Origin: an uncultured delta proteobacterium
GTDB taxonomy: Bacteria; Myxococcota_A; Polyangia; Polyangiales; Houyiibacteriaceae
Assembly: GCA_963786865.1 (NCBI GenBank)
Contig: CAWBAV010000006.1
Location: 436,592-500,591 of the forward strand
Direction: 5' to 3'
Length of the DNA stretch: 64,000 nucleotides
Shown here: positions 9,490 to 21,100 of the stretch, in pieces
Position numbering within the stretch: position 1 is the stretch's first letter
How the letters are laid out: the number at the start of each line of letters is the position of its first letter
Notes under the pieces: generated by a model
Databases searched by the model: none
Told to the model about the DNA's origin: nothing
What the model saw: the letters and a program-made list of their open reading frames with translations, nothing else
Program-made: the position numbers and the translations under genes

Positions 9490-10265
9490 CGTCCGGTCCA
9501 CTGCGGTTCGCGCTTCTGAAAGAACGCAGCCAGACCTTCCTTGGCATCTTCGCTTCCGAGCACTGCGTAGAGCTGCTCACGGAGGTAGGGCAGTGCGTCC
9601 TCCAACGGCATTCTGCGCTGCTCGTTGTAGGCGTTGAGCCCCATCCGCATCGCGTTGGGCGACTGCTTGGCGAGCTGGCCGGCGAGCTCCGCGACGCGAG
9701 CGTCGAGCGCGTCGTCTGGGACTACTTCACTGAGCAAGCCGATCTCCTTGGCTTTTCGTGCGCTGATCTTCTCCCCCAAAAGCATGAGCGCGAGTAGGTC
9801 ACGCGGATGAATCACCCGCTGCAGAACCGCCATGATCATCATGGGAAACAAGCCCCGCTTGATTTCCGGCGTTCCGAGGATCGCGCTTTCGCAGGCGATG
9901 GCGAAGTGACAGCAGGCGACGATGCCCATGGCGCCGCCCATCACATATCCTGGGATGCGGGCGACGACAGGTTTCTGCAGCGTGTCGAAGCGAAGCAACA
10001 GGTCGTCGAACTCACCCTTTTTTTCCAGCTTTCCGCGCTCGGCGCTCATTCCCTTGAGGTCCGCGCCGGCGCTGAACGAGTTTCCTGCCCCCGTCAGGAC
10101 GATGACCCGTACGTCGTCCGCGGCCTCTGCGTCGTCGAGCGCGTAGAGCAGCTCGTTGACCAAATCCTGGCTGAGGGGGTTCTTCTTTTCCGGATTGTTG
10201 AAGGTCAGGGTGACGATGTGCCCGTCCTGCTCCACGAGCAGTGATTGATAGTCGCGGTCCTGCAT
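9486..10265 (-). CDS. Enoyl-CoA hydratase/isomerase (crotonase family)
   Basis: VIVLTGAGNSFSAGADLK oxyanion-hole region. 259 aa, the typical length. Confidence 0.85.
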   Translation of the reverse strand: MQDRDYQSLLVEQDGHIVTLTFNNPEKKNPLSQDLVNELLYALDDAEAADDVRVIVLTGAGNSFSAGADLKGMSAERGKLEKKGEFDDLLLRFDTLQKPVVARIPGYVMGGAMGIVACCHFAIACESAILGTPEIKRGLFPMMIMAVLQRVIHPRDLLALMLLGEKISARKAKEIGLLSEVVPDDALDARVAELAGQLAKQSPNAMRMGLNAYNEQRRMPLEDALPYLREQLYAVLGSEDAKEGLAAFFQKREPQWTGR

Positions 10266-10386
10266 CCGCGGAGTTTTGGGCGGCGGTTCCTCGAATTCAA
10301 GGCAAATGATTCCCCGAATAACATCGCATGGTTGCCGCGGTTTCGGACTGCGTGTAATGTGAGCGGAGGCACGGTCGGAGGGGGAT

Positions 10387-10995
10387 TTGAGCCTGGAACG
10401 GATCGCGTATGTGCTTGCGTTGCTGGCGGTGATTTCACTGTCCGTCTCTCCGAGCTACGTCCGGGCGCAGTCCGATGCAGCTCAGGCCACGGATGTCGAA
10501 GCGACACCCAAGGGCACGATCGGCTTGGGCCTGGTCGGCGCCGAGCTCGGCCTCATCATTCCCTCCGTCTCTGGGCTGAACGAGCCCTGGTCGCTCGCGG
10601 TATTTCCAACCGTGGGCGCCGCGGGCGGCGCGCTTGCCGGCTACTTCGCCCTCGACAAACCAAATCGTGAAAAGGGTTCCGTCGCCGCGCTCGTCGTCGG
10701 TTTGGCAGGTGTGCTTCCAGCCATCCTCGTCACCGTGAAGGGCGTTCGCGCGGAGCGGCAAAGTCGTTGGGATCCTCAACCGCAGATACAATTACGAAGT
10801 GAAAAGGAGCAGCGCGCCTTCGAGACAGCCGAAGCGGGGCCCGGGCTCCTTCGACGCTCCCGTTCCGGACTCCGCGTTGCCATGCCCTCCGTATCCGTTT
10901 CTAGGCGCGCCCCGCAGAGTAGGGAAACGGCCACAATGGGCCGCCTCCGGGATCGAACCGAGATGAGCCTTTCCCTGGCCTCGGGCGTGTTCTAG
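10387..10995 (+). CDS. Hypothetical exported/membrane protein
   Basis: TTG start after GGAGGGGG. Signal-like N-terminus, then three Gly/Ala-rich hydrophobic segments. The C-terminal third is low-complexity, and no family is recognised. Confidence 0.45.
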   Translation: MSLERIAYVLALLAVISLSVSPSYVRAQSDAAQATDVEATPKGTIGLGLVGAELGLIIPSVSGLNEPWSLAVFPTVGAAGGALAGYFALDKPNREKGSVAALVVGLAGVLPAILVTVKGVRAERQSRWDPQPQIQLRSEKEQRAFETAEAGPGLLRRSRSGLRVAMPSVSVSRRAPQSRETATMGRLRDRTEMSLSLASGVF

Positions 10996-11004
10996 CGTCT
11001 CCGC

Positions 11005-11967
11005 ATGATCTCCTCGAAGGTGCGACGGACCGTGCGGGAGCGCGAGCTGCTGCAGGTCGGTGACCACGTTCTGGTCGCATGCTCCGGCGGCCCCGATTCG
11101 ACGGCGCTCCTGCACGTGCTCCACCAGCTCCGACGAGAGCTCGGGATCACGCTCTCGGCAAGCTCGATCGACCATGCGCTTCGTCCCGAATCGGCTTCGG
11201 AGGTCGACCGCGTCGGAGCCTTCGCTCAGGAGCTGGGAGTTCCCTTCTATCCATCGCGCGTCGAAGTGACCGGGCGAGGCACTTCGATTCAAGCCGAGGC
11301 GCGACTGCTTCGCTACGAGGCGCTCAGACAGATCGCGGCGTCGCGCGGCGCATCGATCATCGCGGTGGGCCACACCAGGGACGATCAGGCGGAAACGGTC
11401 TTGGCGCGTATGCTCAGGGGTGCAGGCCTTCGTGGGCTCAGCGGAATCGAGCCCCGGAGAGCCGATGGCGTCGTCCGGCCGCTCCTGGACTGCGGACGTT
11501 CCGAGGTCCGCGCCTATGCCCTCGAGCATGCGCTCCCATTCGTCGACGACCCGTCGAATCACCAGCGCGCCTTCGAGCGCGTCCGAATCCGTCACGAGGT
11601 GCTCCCGGCGCTCCTCCGAGAGGATCCGCGAATCGTCGAGCATCTGAGCGCGCTGAGGGACGAGGCTGCGGAGGTCAATGCGTACCTCGATGGACAGCTT
11701 CCCGAGCTGCCTCCGATCGGCGAGCGCTTCATCCCTGCCGACGCGCTCGCGGCGCTCGCACCTCCGCTTCGAATTCGCTGGCTTCGCGCCTGGATCTCGA
11801 GGGAAACCGGCCTGAGCAGCAGTCGCAGCCATTTGACCGAGCTCGGCCGACTACTTACGGCCGGAGGGGAGGTCCTGCTAGGATCGGGGTGGTCGGTCTG
11901 TCGCCGCAGCGGCGGGCTTTCGTTGGAATATCGTGAGCATCGTAGAACACGTAGCAATCGTTCCTGA
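11005..11967 (+). CDS. tilS: tRNA(Ile)-lysidine synthase
   Basis: PP-loop motif [13 protein letters not shown]. Position immediately upstream of ftsH, as in many bacteria. Confidence 0.88.
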   Translation: MISSKVRRTVRERELLQVGDHVLVACSGGPDSTALLHVLHQLRRELGITLSASSIDHALRPESASEVDRVGAFAQELGVPFYPSRVEVTGRGTSIQAEARLLRYEALRQIAASRGASIIAVGHTRDDQAETVLARMLRGAGLRGLSGIEPRRADGVVRPLLDCGRSEVRAYALEHALPFVDDPSNHQRAFERVRIRHEVLPALLREDPRIVEHLSALRDEAAEVNAYLDGQLPELPPIGERFIPADALAALAPPLRIRWLRAWISRETGLSSSRSHLTELGRLLTAGGEVLLGSGWSVCRRSGGLSLEYREHRRTRSNRS

Positions 11968-12077
11968 GCTTCCGGCGGGTCGATGGTTGCCAATCGGCCT
12001 CCGCGGCCTCACAAAGATGGAAGGGGCCGTGGCTCCACGCTAGTCCGAAAGCTCGGCCCCGCGTCCCGCCTTATCAT

Positions 12078-14024
<1,947 letters not shown>

Positions 14025-14882
14025 GTGACGGAGGTCGCAATGCCCGAGCTGTGGGGCGTCATCAATGTGACGCCAGATTCGTTCAGCGACGGCGGGAGGT
14101 ACTCAAGCCCCCGAGCCGCCATCGCCCAGGGGCGCCAGCTGCTCGAGGACGGTGCTCACGTTCTGGACGTCGGGGGCGAGTCCTCGCGACCCGCAGGACG
14201 CACGTACGGCAAGGGTTTCGAGCAGGTGCCCGTGAGCGAAGAGATCAGGCGCGTGGTGCCTGTGATCGACGTCCTCGCCAATGAGCTGGGGGCGCGAATT
14301 TCGGTCGATACGGCCAAGGCCGAGGTCGCAGCGGCGGCCCTAGCGGCAGGTGCACGCATCGTGAATGACGTTCGCTGTGCAGAGGACCCCCGGCTTGCGG
14401 AAGCGGCCGGCGCGGCCGGCGCCGAGTACGTGATCATGCACAACCGAGGCCGGGGTGAGCTGCGCTCGCCGAACACCGACTATGAGAACCTGGTCGACGA
14501 GGTGCTCGACGAGCTCTTGGCCGGAGCTGAACGCGTGGAGCGTGCAGGGGTCCCGAGAGCGTCCATCTGGCTCGATCCCGGGCTGGGATTTGCCAAGACG
14601 GCCCACCAGTCCGCGATGCTACTAAGTTCTCTTGGGCGTTTTCGAAAGACCGGATACCGTGTACTTGTGGGGCCTTCGCGGAAATCCTTCATCGCCGAGC
14701 TTGCGCCGAATTCCGGCGGTGAGCTCCCGCGGCCCGACGATCGGCTGGGGGGTACCGCCGCCGCGGTCGCGATCTGCGCGACTGCCGGAGTCGATGCCGT
14801 GCGCGTGCACGACGTGCGCGTGATGAGTCAACTCGTTCGTTTCTCCGAGACGTTGCAGACACTTCGAGGTGGAGCGCCATGA
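14025..14882 (+). CDS. folP: Dihydropteroate synthase
   Basis: GVINVTPDSFSDGG motif and pterin-binding fold pattern. The start is either GTG 14025 or ATG 14040. Confidence 0.9.
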   Translation: MTEVAMPELWGVINVTPDSFSDGGRYSSPRAAIAQGRQLLEDGAHVLDVGGESSRPAGRTYGKGFEQVPVSEEIRRVVPVIDVLANELGARISVDTAKAEVAAAALAAGARIVNDVRCAEDPRLAEAAGAAGAEYVIMHNRGRGELRSPNTDYENLVDEVLDELLAGAERVERAGVPRASIWLDPGLGFAKTAHQSAMLLSSLGRFRKTGYRVLVGPSRKSFIAELAPNSGGELPRPDDRLGGTAAAVAICATAGVDAVRVHDVRVMSQLVRFSETLQTLRGGAP

Positions 14883-15796
14883 TCGAGGTGCTCACCGACC
14901 TAAGCGGTGGTCTCTTCGGGTTCTTCCGCCGAAATCCGTGGGACGTTCTCCACGACTGCTTCGACATCGGGATCGTCGCGGTGCTGATCTACTGGGCGCT
15001 CGTCATCTTGCGGGGCACCCGAGCGATGCAGGTTGCCATCGGCCTCTGTCTCGTCTTCGTTGGCTACCTATTCGCGCGTCGCATCGGGCTGGTGACCGTC
15101 ACCACGATCCTGGATTCGGTGCTCGCCTATCTCGCGGTCATCGTGGTGATCATCTTCCAATCGGACATTCGACGCGCCTTGGCGCGCATGGGCCGCAGAC
15201 CATTGCTTCGTGGGCAGCGCACAGCCAAGGAAACCCAAACGATCGAGGAAGTGATCAAGGCCGCCGGCACCCTTGCGCAGAAACGCATTGGCGCCTTGGT
15301 CGCATTCGAGCGCAGCGCCGCGCTGGATGAGTTCATCGAACGCGGGACCGAGGTCGATGCCGCGGTGAGCAAAGAGCTCCTGCACAGCATTTTCGTGCCG
15401 AGCTTCGAGAACCCGATGCACGACGGTGCCGTCGTCGTGCGCGAAGGGCGCATTTGGCAAGCCGGCGTCTTCTTGCCCATGGCAGGTACGGCCGGCGGCG
15501 ACCGCTCGTTGGGCGCACGCCATCGAGCCGGCATCGGAATCACCGAGGAGACCGACGCGGTCGTGGTCGTAGTCAGCGAAGAACGAGGTGCGATCTCGCT
15601 CTGTTTCGACGGGAACATCGTTCGCAACCTGGACGTCGCGTCCCTCCGCGATGCGCTCTATGGGCTCTTCTACGCGCCGAAGCGAAATCGCCGCAAATCG
15701 ATTGACCGGCGCAGCACGATGGCGCCTCCAGAGCCAAGCCGTTCCCAGAATCCAGAAGCCGTGATCAACGTCAAGAAGGCCGAGGAGAGCTCGTGA
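14879..15796 (+). CDS. cdaA: Diadenylate cyclase CdaA (membrane-anchored DAC domain)
   Basis: Three N-terminal TM segments. DAC motifs HDGAVVV and RHRAGIGITEETDAVVVVVSEERG. ATGA overlap with folP. Confidence 0.9.
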   Translation: MIEVLTDLSGGLFGFFRRNPWDVLHDCFDIGIVAVLIYWALVILRGTRAMQVAIGLCLVFVGYLFARRIGLVTVTTILDSVLAYLAVIVVIIFQSDIRRALARMGRRPLLRGQRTAKETQTIEEVIKAAGTLAQKRIGALVAFERSAALDEFIERGTEVDAAVSKELLHSIFVPSFENPMHDGAVVVREGRIWQAGVFLPMAGTAGGDRSLGARHRAGIGITEETDAVVVVVSEERGAISLCFDGNIVRNLDVASLRDALYGLFYAPKRNRRKSIDRRSTMAPPEPSRSQNPEAVINVKKAEESS

Positions 15797-16761
15797 GCGG
15801 TTTCGTCGACGCGCTCAACGCCATTCGGCTCCTCTTCACGGCGAACCTCGGGCTGAAAGCCAGCGCGCTCGGCATCGCCATTCTCATGTTCTCGCTGGTG
15901 CACGGCGCAGAAGACATGGAGCGCAACGTGTACGTCGACGTCGTGGTTCAACCGCCGCCTGATGCGAAAGACATGATTCTCGTGACGGAGGTTCCGGATC
16001 GAGTGCGCGTGCGGCTCAAGGGTAGTCGTGCGCGGCTGAATGCGATCAGGCAGGAGAACCTGCCTCCGGTCGACGTGGAGCTCAAGACTAGGGAGGAACC
16101 CCAGTACTACTTCGAAAAAGAGGTATTCGATCTTCCGACCGGCGTCACCGTGCTGGGGGTGGTTCCGCCCTCGTTGGTGTTCAAATGGGTTCCGCGTGCC
16201 GTCCGTGATCTTCCGGTGGAGGTGTTCCTGGACGGAGAGCTTCGCGCCGGGCTCGAGTGGGCGAGCAAGCCCGAGGTGTTTCCAGAAACCATCGTCGTCG
16301 AAGGGCCGCGAGACGTGGTCAACTCGATGCGAACGGTGCGTTCGATGGATCTGGATGTCGAGGCCCTCGAAGAGGGCATCGTCCACCGCGAAATTCCTTT
16401 GGTAGGGGCGCCGGCCTATACGAGCTTCGAACCAGTGACGGTTCTCGTCACGTTGCGCGTCCAGCAGAAGACGAAGGAACGAGTGCTTTCGCCACTGAGG
16501 GTCGATGCGGAGGGCGTCGTGCCTCGTTCCTTGCGCCCCCAGGCGGTCAGTGTCCGCGTGCGCGGCCCCGAGCCGCTAGTCGATCAGCTGAACCCCGCAT
16601 CCGTGCTCGCGATCGCCACGGTCATCGCCGCGCCCGACGACAAGGGCACTCGGTCGGTGCCAGTGGAGCTCCGAGGCTTGCCGGATGGGGTCGAAGTGCT
16701 CGAAGTCGTGCCGGCCACCGTCACCGTCGTCCTTGGTCACTCCGCTAGCGAGCGACCTTGA
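15793..16761 (+). CDS. cdaR: YbbR-domain protein (CdaA regulator CdaR-like)
   Basis: GTGA overlap with cdaA. N-terminal TM segment followed by repeated beta-rich YbbR-like modules. Position after cdaA. Confidence 0.75.
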   Translation: MSGFVDALNAIRLLFTANLGLKASALGIAILMFSLVHGAEDMERNVYVDVVVQPPPDAKDMILVTEVPDRVRVRLKGSRARLNAIRQENLPPVDVELKTREEPQYYFEKEVFDLPTGVTVLGVVPPSLVFKWVPRAVRDLPVEVFLDGELRAGLEWASKPEVFPETIVVEGPRDVVNSMRTVRSMDLDVEALEEGIVHREIPLVGAPAYTSFEPVTVLVTLRVQQKTKERVLSPLRVDAEGVVPRSLRPQAVSVRVRGPEPLVDQLNPASVLAIATVIAAPDDKGTRSVPVELRGLPDGVEVLEVVPATVTVVLGHSASERP

Positions 16762-18112
16762 ACTCTTCCGTGGCTTGCTCGGCGATGCCGTTTGCCATGC
16801 TCGTGATGCGGTCCTGCTCAGGGCCCTCGATCATGACCCGAAGCTTCGGCTCGGTGCCACTCCAGCGCACGAGGACACGCCCGTTTCTTCCGAGTGATTT
16901 CTCCACGCGCGCAATCGCGCGGCTCGTCTTTGGCATCTCCGTGAGGGGCCTCCGGTCTGGCAGAGTGACGTTGACCAATACCTGCGGCACGCGAGACATC
17001 GCTTCGGAGGCGAGCTCGGAGAGTGGGCGTCCTTCTCGCAGCACGATGGCCAGGACCTGCATTGCCGCCACCAGGCCATCACCCGTCGTTGCGTGATCCA
17101 AGAAGATCAGGTGCCCCGATTGTTCGCCGCCGAAATTGAGGCCGCGTTTGCGCATCGCTTCGACCACGTAACGGTCGCCTACGTCGCAACGCAGGAGCTT
17201 TCCCTTGTCGGCTTCGATCGCGCGCTCGAGGCCGAGGTTACTCATGACGGTGGCAGCCAACGTGCGACGACGAAGGCGACCCGCGCGAAGCATGCGCGTC
17301 GCGCACAATGCCATGATGGCGTCGCCGTCGATCTGGTTGCCCTTCTCGTCGACCATGATGATGCGGTCCGCATCTCCGTCTAGGGCGATTCCGATGTCCG
17401 CTCCGCGTCTACGGACCTCGCGTGCGCAGGCATCTGGATGCAAGGCACCAACCTTGTGATTGATGTTCTTGCCGTTTGGTCGGACCCCAATCGTATGCGT
17501 CGTGGCGCCCAGCTCGGAAAAGACGAGCGGCGCCGTTCGGTACGCGGCCCCGTGCGCGGCATCGACCACGATCTGGACCCCTTCGAGGGTGAGCTCGTTT
17601 GGAAACGACGCCTTGACGAACGCGACGTAGCGTCCCGGCGCATCGTCCAAGCGCTCAGCGCGCCCTACGCGGGTTCCCGTCGGGCGCTTCTCGTCGAGAT
17701 CAGAGCCGAAGATCAGGGTCTCGATCTCTTTTTCCACCTCGTCGGGAAGCTTGAAACCATCGGATCCGAAAATCTTGATGCCGTTGTCTTGATACGGATT
17801 GTGCGAGGCGCTGATCACGACTCCGGCGTCTGCGCGCATGCTCGTCGTGAGGTGTGCGATGGCGGGCGTCGGAAGCGGCCCCGAGAGGAGCACCTCTCCA
17901 CCAAGGGCGCAGATCCCAGAGGCCACGGCGGTCTCGAAGAGGTATCCCGAGAGGCGCGTGTCCTTGCCAACCACGATCCTCGGCACGTGCTTCACGCGTT
18001 TTCCGGCTTGGTACGCGATTGCCGCACCGATGCGGAACGCGACCTCCGGCGTCATGTCGCCGCGGTTGGCTAAGCCGCGAATTCCGTCGGTTCCGAATAG
18101 ATTGCGGCTCAT
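16745..18112 (-). CDS. glmM: Phosphoglucosamine mutase
   Basis: LFGTDGIRG N-terminus and active-site motif SASHNPYQDNGIK. The ATG at 18112 was chosen; the ORF extends to 18166. Confidence 0.93.
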   Translation of the reverse strand: MSRNLFGTDGIRGLANRGDMTPEVAFRIGAAIAYQAGKRVKHVPRIVVGKDTRLSGYLFETAVASGICALGGEVLLSGPLPTPAIAHLTTSMRADAGVVISASHNPYQDNGIKIFGSDGFKLPDEVEKEIETLIFGSDLDEKRPTGTRVGRAERLDDAPGRYVAFVKASFPNELTLEGVQIVVDAAHGAAYRTAPLVFSELGATTHTIGVRPNGKNINHKVGALHPDACAREVRRRGADIGIALDGDADRIIMVDEKGNQIDGDAIMALCATRMLRAGRLRRRTLAATVMSNLGLERAIEADKGKLLRCDVGDRYVVEAMRKRGLNFGGEQSGHLIFLDHATTGDGLVAAMQVLAIVLREGRPLSELASEAMSRVPQVLVNVTLPDRRPLTEMPKTSRAIARVEKSLGRNGRVLVRWSGTEPKLRVMIEGPEQDRITSMANGIAEQATEEFKVAR

Positions 18113-18119
18113 GGTCGAT

Positions 18120-21100
18120 TCAAGGCTCCCACGTGACGTCGATACTCCAGTTCGACGGCGGAGCAAATGTCCCCGTCGTCACGAAGTTTAGTGGCCAAAG
18201 GGCTTCGATCAAAAATCCAGGACGCTGGGCCTGGGCCGTGGTGTTGGGACCGCCTTCATTGCGCCGCGCGACGAACTGCCCTTCGACGTAAAGCCCTCGG
18301 ATCGGAACGTTGTCGGGAAGCACGCTATTCACGTTGAATCCGACCTGAACCGCCGTGTCGCTCGCGACGTCGTCCGCGGCTGCTTGCCCCTGCGTGATCC
18401 CGAACGTCGGCGCGAGCCCGCCGAACTGGGATTGCAAGGATGCCGAGAAGAGGCCTGCGGCCACGCCAGTGAGGAAGTTCGTCGTTTCCTGTGATGCCTG
18501 CGCGGTGGAGGTGTTGACGCCGCGTTGTTGCCGTGTGGTGCCTGTGACCAAGAGCGCGATGACTTGGGCTTCGCTCGTAGTGGGAATGCTCGACGTGAAC
18601 TCGATGGTCGGGTCGCTCAGGCGGCCAGATACGACCACTGTCACCGTGTCGTTGCTTCCCCTGAGAGTGTGCCGCGCGACCAAGTCTACCTTCGCGTCCA
18701 TCTCGGGCCCGCCATCGAAAATCATGCTGCCAGAGCGTACCTCGAAGCGCTTGCCGAAGACGCGAAAGTTACCGCGGTGCAGATTCACGGTGCCGGCAAC
18801 CGCGACTTCGTCGGTCAGGATCGTCTTCAGGTGGGCACTCGCTTCGACGAAGAACCCCTGGTCTTTGCTGCGAATGATCAACTTGTCGTCGGAGATGATG
18901 CTCAGCTCGACGCGATATGCTTCTGCTCGTCGAACCGGTTCCTCGGTTTCTCCGACGAAGAACACGTCGGGATGGCGTTCGAGATCGAGCGGCGTGGCCG
19001 TGTTTTCCGGGATGTCAATTTCCAACTTGCGGAGCCGGACTTCCCCAATCAGCGCATCGTCTTCGAACTGCGCCCGAAGCCGGCCATCGCCTTCCACACG
19101 AGCCAATATTGAGCCCTCCTGACGTAGCGGAAAGCTCGTCGTATGAACGTCGAAGTCGAGCTTGTTGAGCTTGAACCGCTCGAAGCCGACTCTCCCATCG
19201 ACTTTTGCTCGGCCGCCAGTATCGGTCGCGGTGAGGTTGCTGATCATCACGCCGTCCTCGTCGAAGATCGCACGACCCGTCACGTCCTCGAGAGTTTGCC
19301 CGACGCTCCGAAGGTCGACTCGCCCGTCCGAGAGGTCGACGCTTCCTACCAAGCGCGGATCCTGCACGCGGCCTTGCGCCGTGACGCTTCCCTGGAGGAT
19401 TCCTTCCACGTTGACGACGCCCGCCATCCAAGCGAGGACGGCCTGAAGCGGCATCCGGTCGAAGTTCGCCGTCGCCTCGATCTCGCCCCGATCGGCCAGA
19501 GCGGGAATCGGAGTCTGGCTGTCCCAGCGCAATGGTACGCTTGCCAAGATCTCCGTCGATCCGCCGTTCCACCACTGCATATCGAGGTCGAGTTCTCCGA
19601 GACCGTCCTCGTACCCACCCGAGATACGAGCGCTCGCCGGAGGTGTTTCTACGATCGTGTTGACCGTTCCGGTCCGACGTGCCGGTTCGAGTCTTCGTGC
19701 GCGGAGGTCGTCCGTCTTCAAAGACAAAGAGAGCTTCGGGTCCTCGCCGAACAAGTCTCTTGCCTTGAGCTGTGCCGATAGAACCCCGGCTGCGTATCGG
19801 CAGAGGTACGGCAGGTTCTCGGTGGGTGCGTCGTATAAGTCGGCACTGATCTGCGTCACAGGCCAGGAGGGGATCTCGGCCTTGCCAAGCCAGTCCCCTA
19901 ACGGTGTCTCGATGGATGCCTGCAAATCGAGCACTTGCTGCTCGCCCACCACACCTTCCATCGAGACTTTGGTGACGCCCTCGTTCAGCTGGGCTCGCAG
20001 CGTTGCGCGGGGGTAGGCGTCGCCACCGCAGAGCCCTTCGGCGGAGTCAGCCATCCAATCCAAGCTCGAATGAAAGTCGCCACGTGTCTTGAAGGCGCCG
20101 CCTGCGAGCGTGAAGCTCGCGGCGACTCGCAAGCGGTCGGTGTCCGGAATCACCTTCTTGCTCAGCTTCTCGGGAAACGCACTCAGACGACGTGGCGGAA
20201 CGCGCACTGAAATACGCCATGGGGAGGTGGCGAGCGCTTCCACGGCCTCGCTTGGCGCTCGAGCCAAGTGCACCAAGTCGACCAGCAAGCTGCCTTCACT
20301 CTCGACGAGCTCGCCGTTGTCGTCCGCCATGCGAACCTGGGCGAGTAGTGCTCCGTACTCGTATCGGAAGTCCGACGCGAGGTCCACTGGGCCCCAGCCG
20401 TCGATGCTCAGGTTCGGAACGTGGATGTCTCCTTCGAACGAAGATGCGTCGATGGGTCCGGAGAACCGAATACTGGCATCCGCATACCCTTCCACGTTGG
20501 GCATCTTCTCCTCGAGCAGCAACTCGAGCAATCTGAGGTCCATCGCAGCCGTGCTCAGCGTCGTCTCGTACACCCCTTCGCGCAGCGACTGCAGGATACC
20601 CTTGGGCAACGGCTCGACGAACCCCGTCGTGCTCAACGTGAAATTGCCGCGGCCGCCGAAGTTTACCTGGGCGTCGGCGTCGAGCACTCCCTCTTCGAGG
20701 TGAATTAGGTACGCTGCATCGACAGGCGCGACATCCCAGAGGTCGGCCTCGGTCAAAGTGCCCTCGGCCACGATCGTCGGGTCCTCGTCGAGATCACCAC
20801 GAAACTCGAAGTGGAGGTCGACTCTTCCTGCGACATCGGGCGCCCGTGACGGGTAGAGGATCCGCAATACGGCAAGGTCGAAGTCCTCGAGGTCCGCGCG
20901 AATGTCATCCGGTCCGTCGAAGAGCCATACGCCCTGAGCCTCGAGCCGCTGTGATCCCTTGCCCATCAGGATTCGATCGAAGGAGATCCCCTTGTCCGTG
21001 TCCAAGGCCGCGTTCTTCACGGAGCCTCGCCACGACAAGTCGCCTACGGCGAGCTCGACCGTGTCCACGTCAAGTCGATACACGTTGCCGGTGACCTCGA

